DNA of 64,000 nt from an uncultured Candidatus Berkelbacteria bacterium (GTDB lineage Bacteria; Patescibacteriota; UBA1384; UBA12157; JAENIV01), in the NCBI GenBank assembly GCA_963698075.1, contig OY969116.1:542131-606130 (forward strand), written 5' to 3'. Position 1 is the stretch's first letter. Every line of letters starts with the position of its first letter. The notes under the pieces were generated by a model. That model saw only the letters and a list, made by a program, of their open reading frames with translations, was not told where the DNA came from and did not search any database. This document shows positions 1 to 9,048 of the stretch, one piece after another. The translations under genes were made by a program, and so were the position numbers.

Positions 1-846
1 AAATCGATTAAATCGCCTTCTCGAGAAATTCCCTCGCCATAGATGATGTCAAATTCCGCCGTTCTAAAAGGTGGGGCAACTTTGTTTTTGACGATTTTTA
101 CTCTAACATGACTGCCAATAGGTGTCTCTCCTTCTTTAATCTGTTCAGTTCGACGAATATCCAAACGGATTGAAGCATAGAATTTGAGGGCCATGCCACC
201 AGACGTGGTTTCCGGATTACCAAACATAATTCCAATTTTCATTCTGAGCTGATTGATAAAAATTATGATTGATTTTGAGCGGGAGATTGCCCCGGTCAGT
301 TTCCTCAAAGCTTGCGACATTAAGCGCGCCTGGACGCCCACCATGGCATCGCCCATTTCGCCTTCAATTTCGGCCCGCGGGACTAAGGCGGCTACGGAAT
401 CAATGACAATGACATCCACCGCGTTAGACCGCACCAAAGTTTCGGCGATTTCTAGCGCCTGTTCGCCAGTATCGGGCTGGGAAATCAAAAGCTCTTCGAC
501 ATTAATGCCCAAACGCTTGGCGTATTCGGGATCAAAAGCATGTTCGGCATCAATAAAGGCGCCGACGCCGCCTTGAGCTTGCGATTCAGCAATCGCGTGC
601 AAAGCTAAGGTGGTCTTGCCCGTTCCTTCGGGACCGAAAATTTCAATAATTCGGCCGCGCGGAAAACCGCCGACTCCCAAAGCCAAATCTAAAGAAATTG
701 AGCCAGTGGGAATCGATTCGACTTGAAGACCGCGCTTTTCGCCAAAACGCATAATTGCTCCTGAGCCAAATTGCCTTTCAATTTGGCCTAAAGCCATCTC
801 GAGTGCCTCCTTCTTCTGTTTACTTTGTTCAGCCATAATATTCCTT
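1..846 (-). CDS. recA: Recombinase RecA (window-truncated; C-terminal end lies before position 1)
   Basis: Reverse-strand translation from the ATG at 844-846 gives [24 protein letters not shown]...[13 protein letters not shown]...IDAEHAFDP... with Walker A and canonical RecA core motifs. It is absent from the ORF track only because no stop lies inside the window. Confidence 0.9.
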
Positions 847-865
847 TCTTGCCCCCAACCGCATT

Positions 866-1008
866 CTGCGGGAAAATTCTAAATTCTAATATCTAAATCC
901 TAAACAAATTCTAATGTTTTAAATTCTAAATTACAAACAATTTATGAATTTTGAATTTGTGATTTGGAATTTGTTTAGAAATTCGGATTTAGGATTTCGG
1001 ATTTGTCA
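866..1008. repeat. AT-rich palindromic MITE-like element (ggatttcggattt family), full-length copy with inverted-repeat arms
   Basis: The left arm tctaaatcctaaacaaattctaa is the reverse complement of the right arm ttagaaattcggatttaggattt. The right half is homologous to 54658-54749. Confidence 0.6.
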
Positions 1009-1674
1009 TTAAAATTCTGCCAAAATTTTAATGACTTTCACTGTCTCTTTTTTCAAACGATTGGTCGCCCGAATCTCAATATTATTTAATCCTGGCTGGA
1101 GTTTGACGCTTTCATGAAAATTACCCTTATCATCAATAAAAATTGTCTGATCATTAATTGCCAAAGTGACTCCCTCATCGGTTTTACCAATAATCTCCAC
1201 GCTATCTTGGCGAATCACCTGATCAGCCACAGGTGAGGAAATTTCCAAATTCGGGGGTGAGGTAAAATTCCTGACTGAATAAAAAATATATCCCAGCAAG
1301 GCGGCGACAAATAAAACAGCTAGCCCCAAAATAATTGTTCTCGGTGTCAGATAGATTTTATTTTCTTTAAGATGAATTTTAGGAGAAATTGGCCGAACAT
1401 TGCCGACTGTTCCCCGTTCCTGCCGATAAAGCAGGATTAGTTCCTCTTTAGGAGCGCCTAAAAAATCAGCATATTTTGACAAAAAACCGATCGTGTAAAC
1501 ATCTTCTGGTAATTGGCTATAATCACCCTTCTCCAACGCCACAAGGTATTTTAAACGAACCCTGGTTTCTTCTTCGGCCTGCTCTAAAGTGAGACGGTTA
1601 CGACGACGATAAACTTTTAAGCGCTCGCCTAATGTTTTAGGACTAGGAAGTTGTCTGTGGGCAAATTCTTTCAC
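1009..1674 (-). CDS. RodZ-like cytoskeletal protein (N-terminal XRE-type HTH, one TM helix, C-terminal domain)
   Basis: The N-terminus LGERLKVYRRRNRLTLEQAEEETRVRLKYLVALEKGD resembles an XRE-type HTH. A hydrophobic helix (IILGLAVLFVAALLGYIFY) follows, then a C-terminal beta-rich domain. Confidence 0.55.
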   Translation of the reverse strand: MKEFAHRQLPSPKTLGERLKVYRRRNRLTLEQAEEETRVRLKYLVALEKGDYSQLPEDVYTIGFLSKYADFLGAPKEELILLYRQERGTVGNVRPISPKIHLKENKIYLTPRTIILGLAVLFVAALLGYIFYSVRNFTSPPNLEISSPVADQVIRQDSVEIIGKTDEGVTLAINDQTIFIDDKGNFHESVKLQPGLNNIEIRATNRLKKETVKVIKILAEF

Positions 1675-1717
1675 GTTTTAATTAAAGCAAAGAGTACTAA
1701 ATAGTCAAATACTTAGT

Positions 1718-1906
1718 TCATTGACCAAAATGGTGCTTAATTTTGTTCCAATCATCCATATTGAGAGAGCCAGTGGTCTCGTTTTGGCCCGAAGTGGTCG
1801 CCTCGGTGATTTTGGTCTTCAAAAATCTAATACTAAAAAAGCAAGCCACAATAAAAGCGAGAATCAATAAAACCACAATTAAGTTTTCTTTCCTGTCTTT
1901 AATCAT
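1718..1906 (-). CDS. Small single-pass membrane protein (hypothetical)
   Basis: 62-aa ORF in operon orientation with one hydrophobic helix (LIVVLLILAFIVACFF). An antisense ORF of equal length also exists. Confidence 0.35.
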   Translation of the reverse strand: MIKDRKENLIVVLLILAFIVACFFSIRFLKTKITEATTSGQNETTGSLNMDDWNKIKHHFGQ

Positions 1907-1932
1907 CTCGTCGTTTCACTCCTCCATGTAAA

Positions 1933-2544
1933 CTACTTGGTATAAACTTTTAAAGTGATGGTGGCCACTGAATCTTTATCTAATCCTTGCTGCGAGGCTA
2001 AATTAAAGTTATTCACTTGAACAAAATAAGGTAGATTTTCCAAATTTTTCAAAAAGAGCGCAAAACTGGTAAGTGTGCCTTTTAATTCAACGGTGTGCTC
2101 AATCGAACTGGCCGCACTCGTCTTGTTCGCACCCGTTGCTTGAGTAGCGTTGAAATTGACAGAAATTTGGACTCCGGCCGCTTGGGCGGCTTGTTCCAAA
2201 GCATTCTGATATTCCAAAAGGTTATCCGAAGAAGGTAGGCCGGCTTTGATTTTCGCTTCAAAGGGGGCGACTTCCTCCCAATTGTTCTTAAGATTAGCAT
2301 CAAGAGTATTATTCTTAATCGCGGTCATCAGTTGATTTTGCTTTGTTCCAAGCGCTGACGCTTTTTGGCTTAATCTAAGGCTAATATAGAGAATCAGCCC
2401 AGCGGCGATCACCAAAGTAAAAATAATAATTAGAAAAGATTTTCTAATCTGCCTTGTAATCCTCAATTGCGGATCTTCGGTATAGAGTCGCAATCGTTCG
2501 GTAACTGGGATTAAATTTGGCTTGACGTTTAAGTTAGTTTTCAT
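1933..2544 (-). CDS. pilO: Type IV pilus assembly protein PilO-like
   Basis: It lies directly downstream of the pilM/N gene. It has an N-terminal TM helix and a coiled-coil/periplasmic domain, the size and architecture typical of PilO. Confidence 0.5.
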   Translation of the reverse strand: MKTNLNVKPNLIPVTERLRLYTEDPQLRITRQIRKSFLIIIFTLVIAAGLILYISLRLSQKASALGTKQNQLMTAIKNNTLDANLKNNWEEVAPFEAKIKAGLPSSDNLLEYQNALEQAAQAAGVQISVNFNATQATGANKTSAASSIEHTVELKGTLTSFALFLKNLENLPYFVQVNNFNLASQQGLDKDSVATITLKVYTK

Positions 2545-3953
2545 TTTCTAGTTAAGGCCTCTTTTTTGAAAGTTATGCTGAGGGTAAAATTGACCAACTG
2601 CTCTTGGCTAAAATTGGTTGACGGCATCTGGACCGCCGAGACAAAATCTAGGGTCGAAATTGTGTCGCGAAAATTCGATAAAACATCGCGGGAAGTTGCT
2701 TGACCAATGATGGTTATAGTCTCGCCTGTCCCGGGATAGCTTATCGTCGTCAAAGTCACTCCTTGGGGTATATTTTTCGAAATTTCTTCGATTGGCCCTG
2801 ACCAAAAAGAAAGCTGATCTTCGATTTTTGCTTCTTTCTCGATTGAAGGTTTTAAATCATTGATATTTTTTTGGAGTTCGACGAGTTCAGAATTTTCGCT
2901 CTGACCTTGAAAAAGTTTTGCCAACTGACCATCGAGATTATTACCTAAGTAGTTCAAAAAGACGAGACTTCCAAAAAACATTGCCACCAAAAGTAACGAG
3001 GTGGCGACAACTATATTGGCAATTCCCCCATAAAAAAGCAACTTTCTTTTTTCTTCCGCCGCCACTTTAGCACCGACAGGCAAAAGTGATAAATAATTAT
3101 CATCTCGGGCCTCTATTAGGCCGCGGATGCCGGCGCCAACCAACGGCAAAGTCTGAACTCTAAATCCAGAAATTTGGAAAATCTCCGGCGTGGTTTTGAC
3201 CTCTAAATTAAAGGTCTGGCCTAAAGTGTGAGCTAGTTCTGGTTTTGCCCCCGAGCCATCCAAGATAAGATTGTCAATTTGATTTTGATTTTTCTCAACG
3301 AGGTAAAAATTCATCACTCGCCTTATTTCCGCCACGAGATTTTTAAACTGTTGGTCTTTGGGACCAACAATCTGAAACTCCCGAGCAAATTTGGGAAAAC
3401 CAGCACTGATAATTACCGAGGTCAAAATCTCTCCTTCGATATTTAAGACTAAAATGTTACCAGTCTTGCCAAAAACTCTTCCGATTGAACAGCTTTTGGG
3501 CTCGATGGCGATCGGCACGATTCCTGCTCGATCAAAAACCACAAGATAGTTGGTCAGATCTTTTTTGGTAATCGAAGAAATCATCACTTCCCCATCAACC
3601 TTCTGCCATCCCCAAGAGGTTTCTTCAATTTTACCCGGCAAGAGACTGGAAACATTGATTTCTATCGCTTCTTTCAGATCTTCTTCGGACAGATTAGGAA
3701 AAGTTTTGTAGGTCGTAAAAATTGCCGCTTCGGGCAAAGAAACAATCCAATGAGAACTGGAAAAATGATTCTTTCTTAAAAAATCTTTGAGAATTTGAAA
3801 AAATTGCTCTCCGTTAGTCAAGCGACCATTACTAACTAAACCGTCAGGTAACGGTGCTTCGGCGATTTTTTTTAAAATTAAATTTCGACCAGAATATCCG
3901 AGAAGAATCGCCCGGACGAATTTGGGATTTATCTCTAAGGCGGGAATTTCCAA
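2541..3953 (-). CDS. Type IV pilus assembly PilM (actin-like ATPase) fused to a PilN-like TM/periplasmic domain
   Basis: The N-terminal ~330 aa are PilM-like. A TM segment (GIANIVVATSLLLVAMFFGSLVFLNYL) and a PilN-like C-terminus follow. Its 4-nt overlap with the pilO start indicates an operon. Confidence 0.65.
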   Translation of the reverse strand: MEIPALEINPKFVRAILLGYSGRNLILKKIAEAPLPDGLVSNGRLTNGEQFFQILKDFLRKNHFSSSHWIVSLPEAAIFTTYKTFPNLSEEDLKEAIEINVSSLLPGKIEETSWGWQKVDGEVMISSITKKDLTNYLVVFDRAGIVPIAIEPKSCSIGRVFGKTGNILVLNIEGEILTSVIISAGFPKFAREFQIVGPKDQQFKNLVAEIRRVMNFYLVEKNQNQIDNLILDGSGAKPELAHTLGQTFNLEVKTTPEIFQISGFRVQTLPLVGAGIRGLIEARDDNYLSLLPVGAKVAAEEKRKLLFYGGIANIVVATSLLLVAMFFGSLVFLNYLGNNLDGQLAKLFQGQSENSELVELQKNINDLKPSIEKEAKIEDQLSFWSGPIEEISKNIPQGVTLTTISYPGTGETITIIGQATSRDVLSNFRDTISTLDFVSAVQMPSTNFSQEQLVNFTLSITFKKEALTRK

Positions 3954-3962
3954 CTGCCCCTC

Positions 3963-4532
3963 CTAATATGTTTCTTCCCACTTTTGAACGGTTAAAACTT
4001 CATCATTAACATTGACAGTGGCCATTATCTTGCGATAGGCCCTACCCACTTGAGCGGTGGAGGTTATTTCAAAAGCCGTGCCAGTGCCAGTTATCTTGAT
4101 TGTACAATTTCCATCTTGGATCGTAAAGCTTGGTGGTTGGCTTGAATCAGTTCTGGCTAATCTCATTAAAGCGTCCTCCAGACAGCCTCGGGCCAGAGCA
4201 TCGGCTCGCGTTGCTTGTCTGGCAACCTGGGAGATATTGACCTCAGAGGAGGATATCGTGGCCACGGCCAAAGCAATTGCCAAGGCAGCGGCAGTGATCA
4301 TCAAAATCGCCACTAACATTCCTTGACCAGGGTTCCTTGAAAAAATCGCCTCGGGTCGACCCGTTCGCTTTGGCCACCCTAGCCGACCTACTCGGTTGCT
4401 TCCGTTTCGCCTCGCGCCTGGCTGCGGCGAGTCGGAGCGCAACCTCGACCGGCGCGCGCTCAGGGTCTCACCTTGGCTCCTTCCATCAGTTTTAAGTTTA
4501 AAGTTGTTTTTCGCATGCATTTTTAGTTTCAT
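3963..4532 (-). CDS. PilX-like minor pilin N-terminal-domain protein. The true start is probably the ATG at 4317-4319; the upstream 71 codons are a GC-rich repeat element read in frame.
   Basis: MLVAILMITAAALAIALAVATISSSE...RADALARGCLEDALMRL matches the PilX_N architecture. Residues 1-71 (RRSRLRSDSPQPGARRNGSNRVGRLG...) are encoded by repeat copy 4347-4476. Confidence 0.45.
   Translation of the reverse strand: MKLKMHAKNNFKLKTDGRSQGETLSARRSRLRSDSPQPGARRNGSNRVGRLGWPKRTGRPEAIFSRNPGQGMLVAILMITAAALAIALAVATISSSEVNISQVARQATRADALARGCLEDALMRLARTDSSQPPSFTIQDGNCTIKITGTGTAFEITSTAQVGRAYRKIMATVNVNDEVLTVQKWEETY
4347..4476 (-). repeat. GC-rich MITE-like dispersed element, copy 1 (minus orientation, inside the PilX-like ORF)
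   Basis: The reverse complement aligns with 7229-7382 and 60717-60836 (gccaggcgcga...agtaggtcggctagggt...gaacgggtcgacccgaggc). Confidence 0.7.
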
Positions 4533-4680
4533 ATGTTGAACATAAGGAGCGAGTCATGTGCCTTCCAAAGTAAATCGCGCAGGCGAGGCGCATGGTTAAG
4601 GCCGAGCCGAGCGCTTAGGCCCAAAATCCACGCTGGGGATTTTGAGGCCGGTACTTTGAAGGCATTGACGAGAGACTTTT

Positions 4681-5199
4681 CTATTTCCCCTCCAATACTG
4701 CTGCGGTTTCGAATTCGCGAGAGAAATTATTTTGTTTAAAGGTTATTTTAAATCTTATTTGGACGCTTTGAGCCTGGCCATTGGCAAGATGTTTAAAAAT
4801 ATTTTCTGAGATATCGATCGGCGTCACTTCCACTTTTGAATCTGTCAGCGCCATTGCCTGTCCCCCGCCTTCTTGATAAAAAATTTGACCATTTTCTAAA
4901 GAAAAAATTACTGGCAAGGAATTGATCGTCAAATTTAAATTATTGGCGGGATACGTTCCGGAAATGGCGCTGGCTTGACTCGTGGCCAAACTCAAACGCT
5001 CACACAAAAAACGGGCGTTTTGGGTGACTTCTGTTTGACCTTGGGAGGCCCCGCGGTTCTGGGCAATCCGCGTCACCAAATCAATAACCACCACTAAAAC
5101 AATGGCCGTAATGGCCAAATAAATTAACAGCTCGATGAGAGTAATCCCAGGCCTTTTTCTTAATTTTAAATTTTTAATTTTAAATTTTAAATTTCTCAT
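4681..5199 (-). CDS. Type IV pilin-like protein (prepilin-type N-terminal cleavage/methylation domain)
   Basis: KRPGITLIELLIYLAITAIVLVV is a class III signal with Glu at +5. Confidence 0.7.
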   Translation of the reverse strand: MRNLKFKIKNLKLRKRPGITLIELLIYLAITAIVLVVVIDLVTRIAQNRGASQGQTEVTQNARFLCERLSLATSQASAISGTYPANNLNLTINSLPVIFSLENGQIFYQEGGGQAMALTDSKVEVTPIDISENIFKHLANGQAQSVQIRFKITFKQNNFSREFETAAVLEGK

Positions 5200-7200
5200 C
5201 TAATAGCTCCAATTTACTCGCACCCAATCAACGATGGGGCTCGTGGTTTCATCTTGGGTATCAAGACGAATTTTATAACGCAGATATCGAGCCGGCTGGG
5301 GGGCGGCAGCCGAATAAAGTCCCGTCCAAATATTTTCTCCTGTCTTAGTGGAATACCAGGTACCGGTACCATTTGGACCCGACCAATTCCAGGTAGCGTT
5401 ATCATTATTAGCGGCCAATTGAATCCTGACCGTCGTGTTGGGCGGTAAAGCCCCTTCTAAATTCCAGGAAATTCGATTAAAACCGCCGCCGCCAGGATTA
5501 CCGGTATCCAAACTTGAGGATATTAATTCTCCCCAAGGCACATAGACTTCGGTTGCCGAAACAATTAAATAATAAGATAAGTCAACAAAGCTCGAGTCAG
5601 TAAAACTCCCCCCAGAATTGGTTGATCTTGTGGTTAGCGAATTTATCCCATCCCAATTAAGCGTGTTATATTCAACCAAATTGGGATTCGATTGGTTAGA
5701 AATCAGATAATTTCGATTCGAGCTCGAACCGGGCGAAGAAAAATAGAGCCGAAATTGATGATTGGCTGGCAGCGTAATTGATGAAGAAAAATTATGTTCT
5801 ACCCAAGAAAAACTGGTGCCTAAAGTCGTCGTCGCGACATCGATAAAAGTCTCGGGGGGGTTGACTAAATTAACCCCCGCCGTCAAGTCGTATAGACTAA
5901 CATATAAATTATCGTTTGGCAGGTTGTTTGCCGAGGAAGCCACATACAAAGCCACTCCTGCAACTTCTCTTTGAGTTGTCAAAGTGAAAGTCTCCCCTTC
6001 AAACCGCGTCCCATAAATATTGCGGCTGGCCCGGGTGTCATAAGGATTACCTTCAAAAGTGTTGTCACTAAAACCCAAAAGATAAATTGGTTGTTGATTA
6101 AGCGCCAGCCAAGAAGTGCCGTTGTATCTTAAAGTATTAGCTGAGGGGTCGCTCCGGCCGGATTTGGGAACGATTGAGTTATTGGGCAGACTGGCGCGGA
6201 TGTTGATATAGCGACTGTTACTCGGTGTCTGGCCAGAGCCGCTCCATTGGACCACCAGATGATAAACATTACCGGCCACCAGCGGCGCTGGACTGGTTAA
6301 ATTGATCGTTTGCCAACCGGTCGCTCCAAAACTGGCGGTGTTTGAGGCCAAAAATGTTCCCGAGGGATAATGATTACTGCTGTCGTCATCAGCTTGGATT
6401 CCATATTGATAATTGACATTGGCGCCGTTACGTTGGCTGTCAATATAAATTCGAATTTGATTGACATTGCTACTTTGTTGAGCTGTAAAACGCATGGAGA
6501 CACGCCGATTGGCGGCATTGAGGCTATAAATATAAGTCGTCGTATTGGCGATGAATTGATTGCCATATTTTGAAGTTCCGGCGCTGGGAATCTTGGCCAA
6601 TCGTAAAGTTCCAGCGATGCTGGTATCAATGTCGCCCGCGGCCTTGAAATTTTGAGTTATTGAAAAAAATTTATTACCGCTCCAATCATTTTGTCGCCAC
6701 AAGGAATTTTGATAGCGTCCGAGAAAATTTACGAGCTCAATTCCTGCCGAGCCTGGCCAAGTCACCTTGACAGTAATTTTTTGTGTTCCAGGATCGTCGC
6801 GGCCGGGATTGTAAGTGGTTTCAATATTCCCTGCGCCGTTATTTCCGGTACGAGAGACATTATCAATCTGAATTTGGCGGTTAAAAGTTAAATTATTGAT
6901 TGTGATTTGTTCATCACCAGCAGCTAGCGACCAACTATTGGCATTATTAATAGCGTGGTAAGGGTTACTCGATCCTTTATTATTGGTTCCTAAGGGTCGA
7001 TAGAGATTATTCCAATTTTCCATCTTTAAGGCCTTGGCGGCCGCCATTGCCTCAGCAGCAAGGAGTCTGGCGCTGTCGGTTCGCCAAGATTCACTTCCCC
7101 CGCGAATACCGACTAAAAATAAAGGAATAATCCCGGCCAAAACAAAAGCAATTACCCCCACCCCGATGATTGTTTCGACTAAAATTTGCCCTTTTTTCAT
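5200..7200 (-). CDS. Large (666 aa) type IV minor pilin-like protein, possibly a tip-associated adhesin
   Basis: The N-terminus KKGQILVETIIGVGVIAFVLAGII is prepilin-like. A long Asn/Ser/Thr-rich beta-type extracellular region follows. Confidence 0.6.
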   Translation of the reverse strand: MKKGQILVETIIGVGVIAFVLAGIIPLFLVGIRGGSESWRTDSARLLAAEAMAAAKALKMENWNNLYRPLGTNNKGSSNPYHAINNANSWSLAAGDEQITINNLTFNRQIQIDNVSRTGNNGAGNIETTYNPGRDDPGTQKITVKVTWPGSAGIELVNFLGRYQNSLWRQNDWSGNKFFSITQNFKAAGDIDTSIAGTLRLAKIPSAGTSKYGNQFIANTTTYIYSLNAANRRVSMRFTAQQSSNVNQIRIYIDSQRNGANVNYQYGIQADDDSSNHYPSGTFLASNTASFGATGWQTINLTSPAPLVAGNVYHLVVQWSGSGQTPSNSRYINIRASLPNNSIVPKSGRSDPSANTLRYNGTSWLALNQQPIYLLGFSDNTFEGNPYDTRASRNIYGTRFEGETFTLTTQREVAGVALYVASSANNLPNDNLYVSLYDLTAGVNLVNPPETFIDVATTTLGTSFSWVEHNFSSSITLPANHQFRLYFSSPGSSSNRNYLISNQSNPNLVEYNTLNWDGINSLTTRSTNSGGSFTDSSFVDLSYYLIVSATEVYVPWGELISSSLDTGNPGGGGFNRISWNLEGALPPNTTVRIQLAANNDNATWNWSGPNGTGTWYSTKTGENIWTGLYSAAAPQPARYLRYKIRLDTQDETTSPIVDWVRVNWSY

Positions 7201-7228
7201 AATTTTATTCCTAATTTACGAATTCATG

Positions 7229-7382
7229 CGGCCGAGGGGAGCCCCTGAACGAATGGCGGTCTCGACTGCGCTCATTATCGATGAGCCAGGCGCGAATTGA
7301 TAAGGAAGCAGTCGAGTAGGTTGGTTAGGGAGCCTGCACTGCCGAAGGTAAGGCATTCATGTGAACGGGGCGACCCGAGGCC
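7229..7382 (+). repeat. GC-rich MITE-like dispersed element, copy 2 (intergenic)
   Basis: ggccgaggggagcccctgaacgaatggcggtctcgactgcgctc...gaacggggcgacccgaggcc. This is a GC-rich patch in an AT-rich intergenic region, homologous to the other copies. Confidence 0.7.
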
Positions 7383-7388
7383 AGTATT

Positions 7389-7832
7389 TCATTCGATCAT
7401 TCCTTGAGCATTAATGGTCAATTCTTGCGTTTTGGCGGCAGTGCCAGAGAGTGTTATCATCCCCGGATTAATCGGCTTGCCCGACCTTATCGAGAATTCA
7501 AGACTATCGCCGCCGTCTGTTAGATTCCAGCTTAAATTAGTTTTATTGGGTAAGACTCTGACTGAATTTTCTTTCGCATTAGCCGCATATCCTGAGCCAC
7601 TATCGGCGAAAATAACCACTCGGCCGGTCTCCAAGTGGACTCCCCAAAGTTTATCGTCAATTTGAGCCTCTGAATTGGCTTGAGCCTCTTTCAAAGCACC
7701 GAGAACCATTGTCTGAGCCGTCTCAATATCACCGGCCTGTCCGAAGGAAACCAGACTCAAAGAAGCCAATCCGGTCATGATGGCTAAAACCCCAACGACA
7801 ATAATAACTTCGATTAAAGTATATCCCTTCAT
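7389..7832 (-). CDS. Type IV pseudopilin (GspH/FimT-like)
   Basis: MKGYTLIEVIIVVGVLAIM is a prepilin leader with a conserved Glu. Confidence 0.7.
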   Translation of the reverse strand: MKGYTLIEVIIVVGVLAIMTGLASLSLVSFGQAGDIETAQTMVLGALKEAQANSEAQIDDKLWGVHLETGRVVIFADSGSGYAANAKENSVRVLPNKTNLSWNLTDGGDSLEFSIRSGKPINPGMITLSGTAAKTQELTINAQGMIE

Positions 7833-9037
7833 TAAATTGTTCCGATTAATTGATATATCGGCACCACAATCGAAATCGCCATTCCCCCAATAAGCAAACC
7901 AACAATGACCAGTAAAACCGGTTCGATCAAACTGGTTAAGGTTTTTAAACTATTATCGGCCTGCTCCTCATAAAAATCGGCTAATTCAAGCAAAATCTTA
8001 TCGAGCTGGCCAGTTTTTTCACCGACACTGATCACCGAAATTAATAATCCCGGAAAATATTTTTCATCGCCCCGAAAAGCATTGGCCAAAGAAACACCTT
8101 TAATAATCTTCTCTTTGGCTTCACGAACTATTTTTTTATAAATCGCCAAACCCATCCCCTCGCTGGTAATTTCTAAAGCTTCACCGATGGGAATCCCACT
8201 GGCCAAGAGCCCACCCAGTACTCGAGCAAACCTCACCAGCTCCATTTGTCTTAAAAGATTTTTGGAAATGGGTATCCGATATAGGAGACGATTAAAAAAA
8301 GCTTTGACTTTATCCAATCTTAATAAATATATTCCCAAGGATACCAAGATCACCAAAATGGCGATCGTTAAGGCCGGTTTGTATGAGGCCGCTTTGGCTA
8401 AGAAAAAAAGCACCCGGGTGGTCACCGGAATTTTTAGACTCGACCCTTCAAAAACCGTGGCCAGCCGAGGAATGACAAAGGTAATAATCAAAACTAAAAC
8501 ACCCAAAACGCCGGCTATTAAAACGACCGGGTAAATCAAGGCATTTTTGACCTTGGAAACAAGGGCGTATTCTTTTTTAAGTTGAAGATTTAAACGCCTC
8601 AGGGATTCATCCAATTTGCCTGAGGCCTCGCCTGCCTTGATCATATTGATAAAAACAGGACTAAAATCTTTGGGATAATGGCTTAATCCTTCCGACAAGG
8701 GTTTGCCATTTTCAATTGAGAATTTAAGATCACCTAAAATTAATCTAAAATAAGAATTACGAGTATCGGCGGCTAAAACATCTAAGGCCGGCGGCAGATT
8801 TACGCCGGCTTTAATCATCGTGGCCAGATTTCCGGTCAAACTGATCTTTTCAAGATAAGAAATTTTCTTCGAAAAAAGGGCGATATTTCTCAAATTTTTT
8901 TGTTTTTGAGCAACTTTGACGACTAATAAGTTTTCTGATCGCAAAAAATCAATGACCGTTTGGCGATCAACCGCCTCCATTTCCCCCTTTTTTAAATTAC
9001 TAGCCTCATCAACCGCCAAATATTCAAAAAAAGGCAT
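7832..9037 (-). CDS. pilC: Type IV pilus platform protein PilC (GspF family)
   Basis: It has two GspF repeats and three TM segments, a typical length of 401 aa, and sits immediately downstream of pilB. Confidence 0.85.
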   Translation of the reverse strand: MPFFEYLAVDEASNLKKGEMEAVDRQTVIDFLRSENLLVVKVAQKQKNLRNIALFSKKISYLEKISLTGNLATMIKAGVNLPPALDVLAADTRNSYFRLILGDLKFSIENGKPLSEGLSHYPKDFSPVFINMIKAGEASGKLDESLRRLNLQLKKEYALVSKVKNALIYPVVLIAGVLGVLVLIITFVIPRLATVFEGSSLKIPVTTRVLFFLAKAASYKPALTIAILVILVSLGIYLLRLDKVKAFFNRLLYRIPISKNLLRQMELVRFARVLGGLLASGIPIGEALEITSEGMGLAIYKKIVREAKEKIIKGVSLANAFRGDEKYFPGLLISVISVGEKTGQLDKILLELADFYEEQADNSLKTLTSLIEPVLLVIVGLLIGGMAISIVVPIYQLIGTI

Positions 9038-9048
9038 CCTTATTTCCC

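Noticed and set aside
4545-4680. Possible degenerate sixth copy of the GC-rich repeat between the pilX-like and pilin genes
   Set aside because: It shares only short patches (ggttaagg...gagc...aggcc) with the family. It is more simply explained as a GC-rich spacer with a terminator-like hairpin (caaaatcc-acgctgg-ggattttg).
4640-4720. Possible tRNA T-arm (ggtttcgaattcgc)
   Set aside because: The flanking sequence does not form acceptor, D or anticodon stems, so it is a chance match to the T-loop consensus. No convincing tRNA was found anywhere in the window.
6297-6891. Small ORFs overlapping the large minor-pilin gene
   Set aside because: They lie fully inside the 666-aa pilin-like CDS in other frames, have no RBS, and have low-complexity translations.
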